In this document: in pieces, positions 21,634 through 30,437 of the stretch
Position numbering within the stretch: the stretch's first letter is position 1
How the letters are laid out: every line of letters begins with the position of its first letter
From: Blochmannia endosymbiont of Camponotus modoc
GTDB taxonomy: Bacteria; Pseudomonadota; Gammaproteobacteria; Enterobacterales; Enterobacteriaceae
Reading direction: 5' to 3'
DNA: 32,000 nucleotides
NCBI RefSeq assembly: GCF_023585785.1
Contig: NZ_CP097765.1
Span: forward strand, 510,001 to 542,000
The notes under the pieces: generated by a model
What the model was told of the DNA's origin: nothing
Seen by the model: the letters and a program-made list of their open reading frames with translations, nothing else
Databases searched by the model: none
Translations under genes and position numbers: made by a program

Positions 21634-22349
21634 CACACGATATGATTATATTTATATATATAATATATTCAAATAAACAATTTTAACAATTTAAAACTCA
21701 AAAATCATTACGAATAATCTAAAAAATGATTTGTAATATGTATATTACAAATATCATGTAAATTAATCTATAAATAATCAAATTTAACACTCTGCATCAA
21801 AGTGAATATAAAATTACTAATAACGGATACTTTATATGTCGTATAATAAAATATGGGTATCATCAACTAGATAATTAGAACCCAAAAACAACTTTTAAAC
21901 AGAAATATTATACTAATTTATAGCAATCAGGCAAAACAGTTATAAATTGATAATATTTTAAATATGAAATACATTTATATTTTTAATAGATTAATATTAC
22001 TTTAACTAGAATAGCTATTCTTGCTTATAAATATAAAAAGAAACAAGATATGAAGAATATTATCAGCTATATTTCTAATGTCACTCAAAACTAATTATTA
22101 TTAATATTACCCTGAACCTTATTGAATCAATATTTAAATTGCTTTAGACTTTCCCGATACCTATTTAAATGGCAATCAAGATATATTGCTGTTATTAACA
22201 TAGTATCTACAGATTAATGTGAATATATATTCTACGCGAATATATTATATATAACCCAATCATTTATATCTAAAACTATATTTTTAAAGCACACCGAATG
22301 CCTCGTTAGATATAAGAAAGAATTTAATTAAATACACAAGAAAAAAATT

Positions 22350-23210
22350 TTATTTTTTGTTATATACAGAAAATAAAATACCTTTATTCCTACCAAACAA
22401 CACTGAAATTAAAAAAATTATACTACCACATAACACTATAGTCGGTCCTGCAGGCAAAAACATATAAAATGACCCAATCAACCCTATCCACGAGCAAAAA
22501 AAAGCAATAAATACCGATAACAATAACATATGTATTAAACTCTTAACCCAATACCGAGCTGATAACCCAGGTAACATCATTAAACCAACAGACATTAAAG
22601 TACCAGTCACTTGAAAACTTGCTACTAAATTTAACATAACAATTGATAAAAAAAATATTTGAATACATCTCGACGCTTCAATATTATTGTCTCTTAAAAA
22701 ATCTGGATCAAACGTTTCAATAATTAAAGCTCTGTAAAATAATGCGATAGTAAGTAAAGTTATAGTACTAATGATCCCGATACATTCTAAATTTAACAAA
22801 TTTACAGATAAAATAGATCCAAATAACAAATCCAACAAATCCACATTAGGACCATGTAACGACATTAATACAACTCCAAATGCCAAAGATCCAAGATAGA
22901 ATCCAGCAAAACTAGCATCTTGTTGCAACAATGTTTTTTCGCTAATCCAAGTAGATAATATCGCGACCATTAAACCGGAAATAAATCCCCCTATACTCAT
23001 TATCAGAAATGACATTCCTGAAAAAAAATACCCTATCGCTACGCCCGGTAATATAGCATGAGATAACACATCTCCCACTAAACTCATACGCCTCAACATT
23101 AAAAAACTACCTATTGGCGTTATACTGATAGATAACACACAACAAGCAACTATAGCTCTTCGCATATATCCAAAGTTAATAAAAGGATCAAATAACATAT
23201 GAATCATCAT
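22350..23210 (-). CDS. Metal-cation (Mn/Zn/Fe) ABC importer permease, ABC-3 family
   Basis: FGYMRRAIVA...GSFLMLRRMSLVGDVLSHAILPGVAIGYFF...PAGPTIVL matches the ABC-3 permease pattern seen in SitC/MntB/TroC/AdcB and ZnuB (FMQRAL...LRRM.L.GD..SH..LPGVA). The ORF is open to 23231. MMIHML at 23210 has an AAAGG motif just upstream and fits orthologue N-termini better. Metal specificity cannot be read from the sequence. Confidence 0.85.
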   Translation of the reverse strand: MMIHMLFDPFINFGYMRRAIVACCVLSISITPIGSFLMLRRMSLVGDVLSHAILPGVAIGYFFSGMSFLIMSIGGFISGLMVAILSTWISEKTLLQQDASFAGFYLGSLAFGVVLMSLHGPNVDLLDLLFGSILSVNLLNLECIGIISTITLLTIALFYRALIIETFDPDFLRDNNIEASRCIQIFFLSIVMLNLVASFQVTGTLMSVGLMMLPGLSARYWVKSLIHMLLLSVFIAFFCSWIGLIGSFYMFLPAGPTIVLCGSIIFLISVLFGRNKGILFSVYNKK

Positions 23211-23301
23211 AAAAACCTTTTCTTTCTCCAAAATAAATATTTACATACACATGGGATGTATATAATCAATTCACAATATCATAAAATTAAATTTTTCGCA
23301 T

Positions 23302-23946
23302 TTATTTGGATGGATTCCAAATACTACAAGAACAAGTTAACAACAATGTATTAGGAAAATATTCAGTTACGAATTCATTATTATGTAACGCAGCAATCAC
23401 AGTACATCCACGTCTACACAAAAGATTTACAGCACGTATCATGATTTTACAAGTATTTATATCAATTCCTTGAAATGGCTCATCAAGTAAAATTAATGAT
23501 GCTTGCTGAGCCAATATTCTAGCAAATAACATACGTTGCACTTGTCCTCCTGACAAAGTTTCTATATATTGATTTAATACATCTAACAATTTTACCTGAT
23601 CTAAAGAACGCCAAATTACTGTTCTTTGGTGTTGATTCAGTCTTTTTAATAAATTTATTCTCGGCCAACAACCCATAGATACTACGTCGAATACAGTTAA
23701 TGGAAAATGGGGATCTATAGTTTTATTCTGAGGTAAATAACCCATACGAGGTCTGCCTTTTTTTCCAAATTCCAATCGACCGGAAACTGGAGGCAACAAC
23801 CCAGCTAATGTTTTTAATAAAGTAGATTTTCCTATTCCGTTGGGTCCTATGATAGCAATCATGCTGCCATACTTAATCCGACCACTCACGGATGGACTAA
23901 CATTGCGACCACAGTAACCCGCTATTAAGTTATATAATGTCATCAT
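23302..23946 (-). CDS. Metal-cation ABC importer ATP-binding protein (short, 214 aa)
   Basis: Walker A GPNGIGKST, Q-loop YLPQ, signature LSGGQVQR, Walker B LILLDEP and the H-loop ALHN are all intact. It lies immediately upstream of, and co-oriented with, the ABC-3 permease. Confidence 0.85.
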   Translation of the reverse strand: MMTLYNLIAGYCGRNVSPSVSGRIKYGSMIAIIGPNGIGKSTLLKTLAGLLPPVSGRLEFGKKGRPRMGYLPQNKTIDPHFPLTVFDVVSMGCWPRINLLKRLNQHQRTVIWRSLDQVKLLDVLNQYIETLSGGQVQRMLFARILAQQASLILLDEPFQGIDINTCKIMIRAVNLLCRRGCTVIAALHNNEFVTEYFPNTLLLTCSCSIWNPSK

Positions 23947-23964
23947 AGTTTTAGATTGTATTAT

Positions 23965-24066
23965 TCATGGCAAAAAAGAGGACCAAAAAATGGCAGCCCA
24001 TGAACATAACAATACAACCAGTACTATGAGCATGCGAACCAAACCTGAAGCAAGAAACAATTTCAT
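23965..24066 (-). CDS. 33-codon signal-peptide-like ORF, possibly the stub of a deleted metal-binding-protein gene
   Basis: Hand translation gives MKLFLASGLVRMLIVLVVLLCSWAAIFWSSFLP*. It begins with M-K, followed by a hydrophobic core and a ..LLCSWAA cleavage or lipobox-like motif. It ends 18 nt before the ATPase ATG. It is noticeably more GC-rich than the flanking spacer. No clear SD is present. Confidence 0.3.
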   Translation of the reverse strand: MKLFLASGLVRMLIVLVVLLCSWAAIFWSSFLP

Positions 24067-24125
24067 GCCAATAGACAAACGTTGTTTAGAGTGATACGAC
24101 AATGATAAATTTCCTTAATAATTTA

Positions 24126-24143
24126 GTTATGTTATAACATAAC
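24126..24143. promoter_or_regulatory. Perfect 18-bp palindrome; candidate metalloregulator (Zur-like) operator for the ABC importer
   Basis: GTTATGTTA|TAACATAAC, with all 9 pairs checked. The overlapping 15-mer TGTTATAACATAACA (24130-24144) differs at one position from the gamma-proteobacterial Zur-box core TGTTATAATATAACA as I remember it. It lies 60 nt upstream of the stub ORF and 180 nt upstream of the ATPase gene. Confidence 0.4.
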
Positions 24144-24429
24144 ATTCATGAAGAAAAACACCAACTACTCTTCTTTCATTGCAAAAAGAAAAATTAAAAT
24201 ATAATCCTTTTAGCTTTAATGAATTCATATAAACATTCTAGATTTTTCATGCTAACATTTACATTATTACTAAAATCATTAGATTATAATTAATATAAAA
24301 CTTACTTTATAAATATATGAAATTTTTTTCACAACGCGACATTATTATTATAATATTTTAAAAAATAAAAAATTAAAATTCAATACTTGTTCATCTAAAA
24401 TTATTTTTTATAATTACTTGATACAAGAC

Positions 24430-24512
24430 TGCCGAAGGCCGGACTCGAACCGGCACGCCATTAAGGTGATTGATTTTGAGTCAATTGCGTCTACCTATTT
24501 CGCCACTTCGGC
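24430..24512 (-). tRNA. leuX: tRNA-Leu with anticodon CAA
   Basis: The reverse complement GCCGAAGTGGCGAAATAGGTAGACGCAATTGACTCAAAATCAATCACCTTAATGGCGTGCCGGTTCGAGTCCGGCCTTCGGCA closely matches E. coli leuX. It has a long variable arm and an anticodon loop CT-CAA-AA. The CCA is not encoded (next bases are GTC). Confidence 0.9.
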
Positions 24513-24980
24513 AAAACACGAACATATCTAACATATCTATCTGATATAAAACTATACGGTCACTAAAATTTATCAAATTTTTCAAGAGAATTCAATATAC
24601 AGCATCAATTTCTTCACAATCATTCAATTTAAGCATTAAATTTGTAAACATAACATAATTTTTTTTAATAAAGTATCATTTTAAAAATATTAAAAAATTC
24701 ACAAAACCATCCATAAATAAGTCATTATAGCAACATAAACATGTCTAGATACACATTTAATATTCTACATTATAATAATAGTAATAATTTTTTTACTTAT
24801 ATCAACCATACCCTTCTCTTACACTGCTTATACTTACAAAAATACAATCATATTGTGTGCTCGATTATATCTGTGATTGAAGAGCATATTATGCTTGAAT
24901 ACATTTAATATATTTTACTCTTGTATATTTATACATTATAATACAGGGTAAAATAAATATTATATGAAAAAATTTATTAT

Positions 24981-25880
24981 ATGAATAATTTTGATTTCAA
25001 TTTACTAATAATTCTCAATGCACTGCTCGAAGATAATAGCGTAAACTTAGCAGCAAAAAAATTAAATGTCACTGCTCCAGCTATTAGTAAATCCCTCAAT
25101 AAAATACGCATTCTATTTAATGATCAAATTTTAGTGCGCAGTGGAACTAAATTAATCCCTACTCCTAAAGCAATCTCTCTAAAAGAAAATATTAAAGAAT
25201 TAGTGAATCGTATTGAATCAATATTCAACAGTAACATAGTATTTGAACCTAAAATTACTGCTATATCATTTACTATTGCATCGAACAATGCTATTCTCTT
25301 TATCCTTAATACTATGTTATTTCAAGAAATGAAAGATAAAGCTCCCAACGCATTTATTCATTTAGTAAATGATTCAGATTACGATGATAATTTTTTAAGA
25401 AACCATACCATCGATTTATATATAGGAGAAATACGCGCACTTAACCCAGAAATAACTATTCGAACTATCTACGTATCCAAATGTTGTATAATATCTCGGA
25501 ATCATCATCCTATTTTATCTCAAACTAAAAATATGGACAATTTATTAAAATATCAATTCATTAAAACCAAATATGAGCATTTAACCAATTCCGATGAACA
25601 TAGTAAATATTTTTGGTCGGAGCGTAACTTAATTGGTATTACTCCAGAATATATCACTACTGTAAACGCTATAATTCATTCAGATGCATTAGCGATAATA
25701 CCAGAATTTATATTAACAACGATAAAAAAATTAAATATATCAATAACACATTTTAATACTGATTTTAACTTAGGAAAAAAAAGCATCATTCAAGCATGGC
25801 ATTCTAAACACAACCGCTCTTCCGCTCATAAATGGCTGAGAGAATTTACTAAAAAAATATTTTTAACTAGTATAACATAA
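24981..25880 (+). CDS. LysR-family transcriptional regulator (LeuO/YidZ/NodD-like subgroup)
   Basis: The N-terminal wHTH is DFNLLIILNALLEDNSVNLAAKKLNVTAPAISKSLNKIRILFNDQILVRSG. The C-terminal part AWHSKHNRSSAHKWLREF resembles the LWHKRNSHNPKIVWLRE of YidZ-type LysR proteins. The frame is an intact 299 aa. Confidence 0.85.
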   Translation: MNNFDFNLLIILNALLEDNSVNLAAKKLNVTAPAISKSLNKIRILFNDQILVRSGTKLIPTPKAISLKENIKELVNRIESIFNSNIVFEPKITAISFTIASNNAILFILNTMLFQEMKDKAPNAFIHLVNDSDYDDNFLRNHTIDLYIGEIRALNPEITIRTIYVSKCCIISRNHHPILSQTKNMDNLLKYQFIKTKYEHLTNSDEHSKYFWSERNLIGITPEYITTVNAIIHSDALAIIPEFILTTIKKLNISITHFNTDFNLGKKSIIQAWHSKHNRSSAHKWLREFTKKIFLTSIT

Positions 25881-25912
25881 AAATTTTATTAAAAATTTTT
25901 ATGTTCACAAAA

Positions 25913-26992
25913 TTATGAATATATCCTCATAATAATAATGCTAATTACTAAAAATATTATACTGGGTGATATCGATCCAATTATTGGAGAAACACTGTGT
26001 ATAGTACTTAATATTCCAAATATTTGATTTAAAATATAAAATAAAAACCCTGCTATACTTCCTACGAATAATCTAATGCCTATCTTTTTTTTGTATAATG
26101 GTCCAAAAGTAAACGCTAATGCCATTATAGTCATAACGGATCCAGATATAGGGGATAATATTTTCTTCCAAAAAATCACTTGATAATATTTAGAATTTTG
26201 CCCAATCCTATGAAAATATTTAACGCAATGATATAACTTAGAGATAGATAAAAAATTTGGATGAGTAATCATCATGGATAATTTATATGGAGTTAATTCA
26301 GCATTCCATTCAGAATTTGGTATTTTTTTATTAGCAACGGATATTTCTTGAGAAATATCCAATTCATTTACATTAATCAAATGCCATACTTTATTAACAA
26401 ATACTGCCCGTTCGACATAACATATCTTTTTTAGCTTTCTTTCTTCGTTAAAATTATATAATTTTACTCCTAGCAATTCATTATAGGCTATTACATTTTC
26501 AACACAAACAAAATCATTGTTATCTATGAACCATAGATTTTTAATCTTTATAGAAAGTAAAGAAGCATTATGTTGCGATTGATTACGATACATGCACATT
26601 ATTTTTTCGCTATTAGGCACTACCCATTCATTAGAAATGATACTGCATAATAATACAGGAATAGAAGCTTTTATGACTGATAAAGTGATCTGTAACCTGC
26701 TAAATCCAGAGACTTGCATTGCTATAAATTCATTATGTATTTCAAGCATGCATAAACTTAAAAGACCACCTAATAAAGTCGCTATAGGAAAAAATAATTC
26801 AAAATCTTTTGGCAAACTTAAAATCATGTAAATAATAACGTCAAAAACAAAATGGTTTCCTTCTCCTATCTTACGCAATTCATCAATCAGTTTAATCACA
26901 CTAGATAAAGATAATAATACTAAAAAGACCGTCGTTGTATTTGATATTACCGTTTTTATAATGTAATAATTCAAAATGCTGTACATGTACAC
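25913..26992 (-). CDS. lptG: LPS export ABC transporter permease LptG
   Basis: The 359-aa product is colinear with E. coli LptG (360 aa from memory): ILNYYIIKTV.. / VLDRYIGKTI; LSLPKDFELFFPIATLLGGLLSL / LSVPKDVQIFFPMAALLGALLGL; QVSGFSRLQITLSV / QASGFTRMQVALSV. The start is GTG at 26992, with an alternative ATG at 26986. Confidence 0.9.
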   Translation of the reverse strand: MYMYSILNYYIIKTVISNTTTVFLVLLSLSSVIKLIDELRKIGEGNHFVFDVIIYMILSLPKDFELFFPIATLLGGLLSLCMLEIHNEFIAMQVSGFSRLQITLSVIKASIPVLLCSIISNEWVVPNSEKIMCMYRNQSQHNASLLSIKIKNLWFIDNNDFVCVENVIAYNELLGVKLYNFNEERKLKKICYVERAVFVNKVWHLINVNELDISQEISVANKKIPNSEWNAELTPYKLSMMITHPNFLSISKLYHCVKYFHRIGQNSKYYQVIFWKKILSPISGSVMTIMALAFTFGPLYKKKIGIRLFVGSIAGFLFYILNQIFGILSTIHSVSPIIGSISPSIIFLVISIIIMRIYS

Positions 26993-28113
26993 TATGTTTT
27001 TATATGATGACTATAACACATTGTTAAAACTAATTTTTTGATATGAGAAGTATCCCATGAATTAAGCAATAAAACTATCGATAGATAAATACTATTAATA
27101 ATCCACATCCATACTATGGGATTTATGTTATCCAAAAGAACACAGGAACGTAATAAAATATGAAAAATAAAAAAAATTATATATAAAAAAACTGTTACCA
27201 ATAAATTTATTAAATAATTATACGAAACAACAGTAATTAATAATGTTGTGATCATTGGCATAAGAAAAACAGATACTAATAAAGTTAAACGCCAATGTAA
27301 CTCTACACGCATCTCTGATTTATTAGAACACCATAACTGATGCATAAACATATGATTAACGGGCTCATTTTCTTCATACATTGTTTTAATAGTACTATTG
27401 ATTAGCATTTGATACTGAGAAAAATCAGTAATAAGCACATCCTTGCACAATTCGCATTTATTATAAATTTCATAATATGTGCCTTTTTCTAAAATAATTA
27501 ATCGGGAGCCATCAGGATTTCTACAAACACTTCCTTGATCTGAAGTAATAATTATAAACATACTGTTATCTTTATCTGGATTTGTTTTTGATAAAAACAC
27601 GTTTTTTAATTTATTTCCCTGAATGCTATCCGAAAATAAAATTAAATATTTGGTAGCTAATGGTTGGAATTTTTTTTCTGGAAAAACAACTAAATTAATG
27701 TTTTCCTTAATTTTATGCAATAATCTACTTTGGTAACTTGAGCAATAAGGAGATAACCACGATATATTAATCATAGTGAATGATGCAACGATCCCACTAA
27801 AAAAAAATATATTTCTTATAAAAATATATTTATCTACGGCACAAGAATACATAGCTATAATTTCATTATGAGCATGTAATCGATAAAAAGTTACCAGTAC
27901 GCTCAAAAACGCGCTAAAGGGAATAAGTAATTTTCCTGATTCTGGCATATTTAATCCAAGACATAGAAAAATCAAATATATTGAAATATCGCTATCTATC
28001 ACTAAACTCAACATTTTGATCAATTTTTGACAAAAACACACTAAAAATAATAATGTTAGAATGATTAACTGATTTCTAAATATTTCTTTCAATATATATT
28101 TGGTAAATATCAT
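26992..28113 (-). CDS. lptF: LPS export ABC transporter permease LptF
   Basis: From ATG 28113 the product reads MIFTKYILKEIFRNQLIILTLLFLVCFCQKLIKML, versus E. coli LptF MIIIRYLVRETLKSQLAILFILLLIFFCQKLVRIL. It also has a ..VELHWRLTL.. / AELNWRITL match and ends in ..LNSWDT / LNLWDT. The ORF is open 47 codons further upstream (28254), with no orthologous counterpart. Confidence 0.9.
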   Translation of the reverse strand: MIFTKYILKEIFRNQLIILTLLFLVCFCQKLIKMLSLVIDSDISIYLIFLCLGLNMPESGKLLIPFSAFLSVLVTFYRLHAHNEIIAMYSCAVDKYIFIRNIFFFSGIVASFTMINISWLSPYCSSYQSRLLHKIKENINLVVFPEKKFQPLATKYLILFSDSIQGNKLKNVFLSKTNPDKDNSMFIIITSDQGSVCRNPDGSRLIILEKGTYYEIYNKCELCKDVLITDFSQYQMLINSTIKTMYEENEPVNHMFMHQLWCSNKSEMRVELHWRLTLLVSVFLMPMITTLLITVVSYNYLINLLVTVFLYIIFFIFHILLRSCVLLDNINPIVWMWIINSIYLSIVLLLNSWDTSHIKKLVLTMCYSHHIKT

Positions 28114-28359
28114 TATTTTACCTAAAAAACTTGTTTTTAAATAAAAAATAAGTATCGTAATAGTAGCAGATTGTAATGTTAAAAAATGATACATATTCGG
28201 TTTTTTATAATGTAAAAAATTGTCCATTACGTTATAAACCCAATACAATCTCACCGGGGATATATTTCAATGTTTTATATAAAAGATAAAAATTGTGAAT
28301 ATTGTAACTGATTTATTTTTCGAATACGTCGTTTGACGTATTTATATACAGGAAATATT

Positions 28360-29868
28360 ATGATAAAATTTAGCGTTACTAACGGACATCTAGAATTATA
28401 TCCTGATAGTTGCATCATTACTGGTATATTTGAAGAATTAAATTTATTTCCGTCAACAAAAAAAATTGATGACGTAAGCAAAGGATATATCAGTTCATTG
28501 TTGCGTCGTGGCGCGTTGCACGGAAAAGTCATGCAAACGCTCTTATTATATGATGTTCCTCATTTACATAATAGACAAATTTTATTAGTTGGGTGCGGTA
28601 AGAAATCTGATTTTGATGAAAATTGTTATAGAAAATTAATTCGAAAAATAATAATCTTATGTAAAGAGATACCTATAATTAGAATATTACTTTTTTTAAG
28701 TGAATTAAATATAAAAGGATACGATAATTATTGGAAAATAAGACAAACAATGGAAATCGTTAATGAAGAGTTATATGTTTTTAATAAATTTAAAAATAAT
28801 GAGACTACACTAAATAAATCACTAAATGAAATAATATTACATATACCTAATGAAAATGAATTAGAATGTTGTAAAAAATCTATTAGAGATGGATTATCTA
28901 TCGTTCACGGAATAAAAATAGCTAAAGACTTAGGAAATATGCCCCCTAATTTTTGTACTCCTGATTACTTTGTAAATCAAGTAAATGAATTATCTAATTG
29001 TGATAACGTCACAATAAATATAATCAATGCTTTAGAAATGAAACAATTGGGTATGAATGCTTATTTAGCGGTAGGAAAAGGATCTAATTACCCTCCCACA
29101 ATGCCTATAATTACATACAAAGGGCATCCTGCAGGGTCTAATGTTCCCCCCATTGTACTTATAGGAAAAGGTTTAACCTTTGATTCTGGTGGGATTTCTA
29201 TTAAAGAATCAAATAAAATGGATGAAATGAAATATGATATGTGCGGAGCTGCTGCAGTATATGCAATTATGCATATAGCCATAGAACTAGATTTACCATT
29301 AAATATTATCGGAATACTTGCTATTTGTGAAAATATGATAAGTCATACTTCATTTCGTCCAGGTGATATCCTGACTACTTTATCTGGAAAAACAGTAGAG
29401 GTATTAAATACTGATGCTGAGGGTCGTTTGGTTCTATGTGATGCATTGACATACGCAGAACGTTACAAACCGGATGTTGTAATAGATATAGCTACATTAA
29501 CTGGAGCTTGTGTTATTGCTTTAGGACATCATTTTAGCGGTTTAATGTCTAATAACCAAAACTTAGCCGACGAATTAATTCTAGCTGGGCAACAATCCAA
29601 AGATTATGTTTGGAAATTACCATTAGACGAAGTGTTCCAAAAACAATTAAAATCTACATGTGCGGATATTACAAATGTTGGGGGTAGACCTGGTGGCGCT
29701 ATTACAGCCGGATGCTTTCTTCAGCAGTTTGCTTATAAATATCGTTGGGCACATTTAGATATTGCTGGAACAGCATGGATATCTAATTATTGTGATAAAA
29801 GCGCAACGGGTCGCCCTGTTGCGCTTTTATCACAATATCTGATCAATAGATCATCCCATAAAATTTAA
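28360..29868 (+). CDS. pepA: Cytosol aminopeptidase PepA (leucyl aminopeptidase)
   Basis: MIKFSVTNG... matches E. coli MEFSVKSGS. The blocks VLIGKGLTFDSGGISIK, MDEMKYDMCGAAAVY, NTDAEGRLVLCDALTY and GATGRPVALL are near-identical to E. coli PepA. It is divergent from lptF, as in E. coli. The ORF track starts at a TTG at 28333. Confidence 0.95.
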   Translation: MIKFSVTNGHLELYPDSCIITGIFEELNLFPSTKKIDDVSKGYISSLLRRGALHGKVMQTLLLYDVPHLHNRQILLVGCGKKSDFDENCYRKLIRKIIILCKEIPIIRILLFLSELNIKGYDNYWKIRQTMEIVNEELYVFNKFKNNETTLNKSLNEIILHIPNENELECCKKSIRDGLSIVHGIKIAKDLGNMPPNFCTPDYFVNQVNELSNCDNVTINIINALEMKQLGMNAYLAVGKGSNYPPTMPIITYKGHPAGSNVPPIVLIGKGLTFDSGGISIKESNKMDEMKYDMCGAAAVYAIMHIAIELDLPLNIIGILAICENMISHTSFRPGDILTTLSGKTVEVLNTDAEGRLVLCDALTYAERYKPDVVIDIATLTGACVIALGHHFSGLMSNNQNLADELILAGQQSKDYVWKLPLDEVFQKQLKSTCADITNVGGRPGGAITAGCFLQQFAYKYRWAHLDIAGTAWISNYCDKSATGRPVALLSQYLINRSSHKI

Positions 29869-29984
29869 ATTATTTTTACTAAAAAATATTAATTTTATAC
29901 CAAAATTACACCAAAATAAATTTATGTTTTATTTAAAATAGTCAATTATAATTGACTATAAAGACAATAAAAAATTAATAACAT

Positions 29985-30437
29985 ATGAAACGCAGTACTT
30001 TTTACTTACTATCTCAAGAATTTGAACAAAAAAATAGACCTAATTACATAGAACAGCTTGCTTGTAAGTTAATAAGCACGCAATGGAGATCTGGAAAAAC
30101 CATCTTAGTAACTTGCGAAAATAAACATCAAGCTACAAAAATAGACGAAATATTATGGACATTTGATCAAAATTCATTTTTGCCACATAATCTATTTGGA
30201 AGAACCATCCATCATGCTCCAATAGTCATATACTGGAGTCAATGTTGCTATGATAATCAACCAAAGGATCTATTAATAAACCTTATGCCAAAAAATATGC
30301 ACTTTTTTTTTAATTTTAACGAAATAATAGATTTCGTTCCCATACCTGACATTTTAAAAAAATGGGCAAGATACAGATACCGATCTTATAAAAGAAATGG
30401 ATTTCAGATAAACGTTGTTAACACACCAACTGAATGA
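29985..30437 (+). CDS. holC: DNA polymerase III chi subunit HolC
   Basis: [11 protein letters not shown]...[35 protein letters not shown]...FLPHNL...IDFVP...[13 protein letters not shown] aligns with E. coli HolC (MKNATFYLLDN..QLVCEIAAERWRSGKRVLIACEDEKQAYRLDEALW..FVPHNL..VDFVP..ARERYKAYRVAGF). Confidence 0.9.
   Translation: MKRSTFYLLSQEFEQKNRPNYIEQLACKLISTQWRSGKTILVTCENKHQATKIDEILWTFDQNSFLPHNLFGRTIHHAPIVIYWSQCCYDNQPKDLLINLMPKNMHFFFNFNEIIDFVPIPDILKKWARYRYRSYKRNGFQINVVNTPTE

Noticed and set aside
24143-24429. leuX-associated genomic island, or a divergent znuA gene next to the palindrome
   Set aside because: There is no integrase, no duplicated tRNA 3' end and no foreign-composition DNA. The only plus-strand ORF starting by the palindrome (ATG 24147, MKKNTNYSSFIAKRKIKI*) is 18 codons long and has no resemblance to ZnuA.
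28114-28254. 47-codon N-terminal extension of the lptF ORF
   Set aside because: E. coli LptF aligns from the ATG at 28113 (MIFTKYILKE / MIIIRYLVRE). The upstream extension has no homology and would place a long extra segment before TM1.
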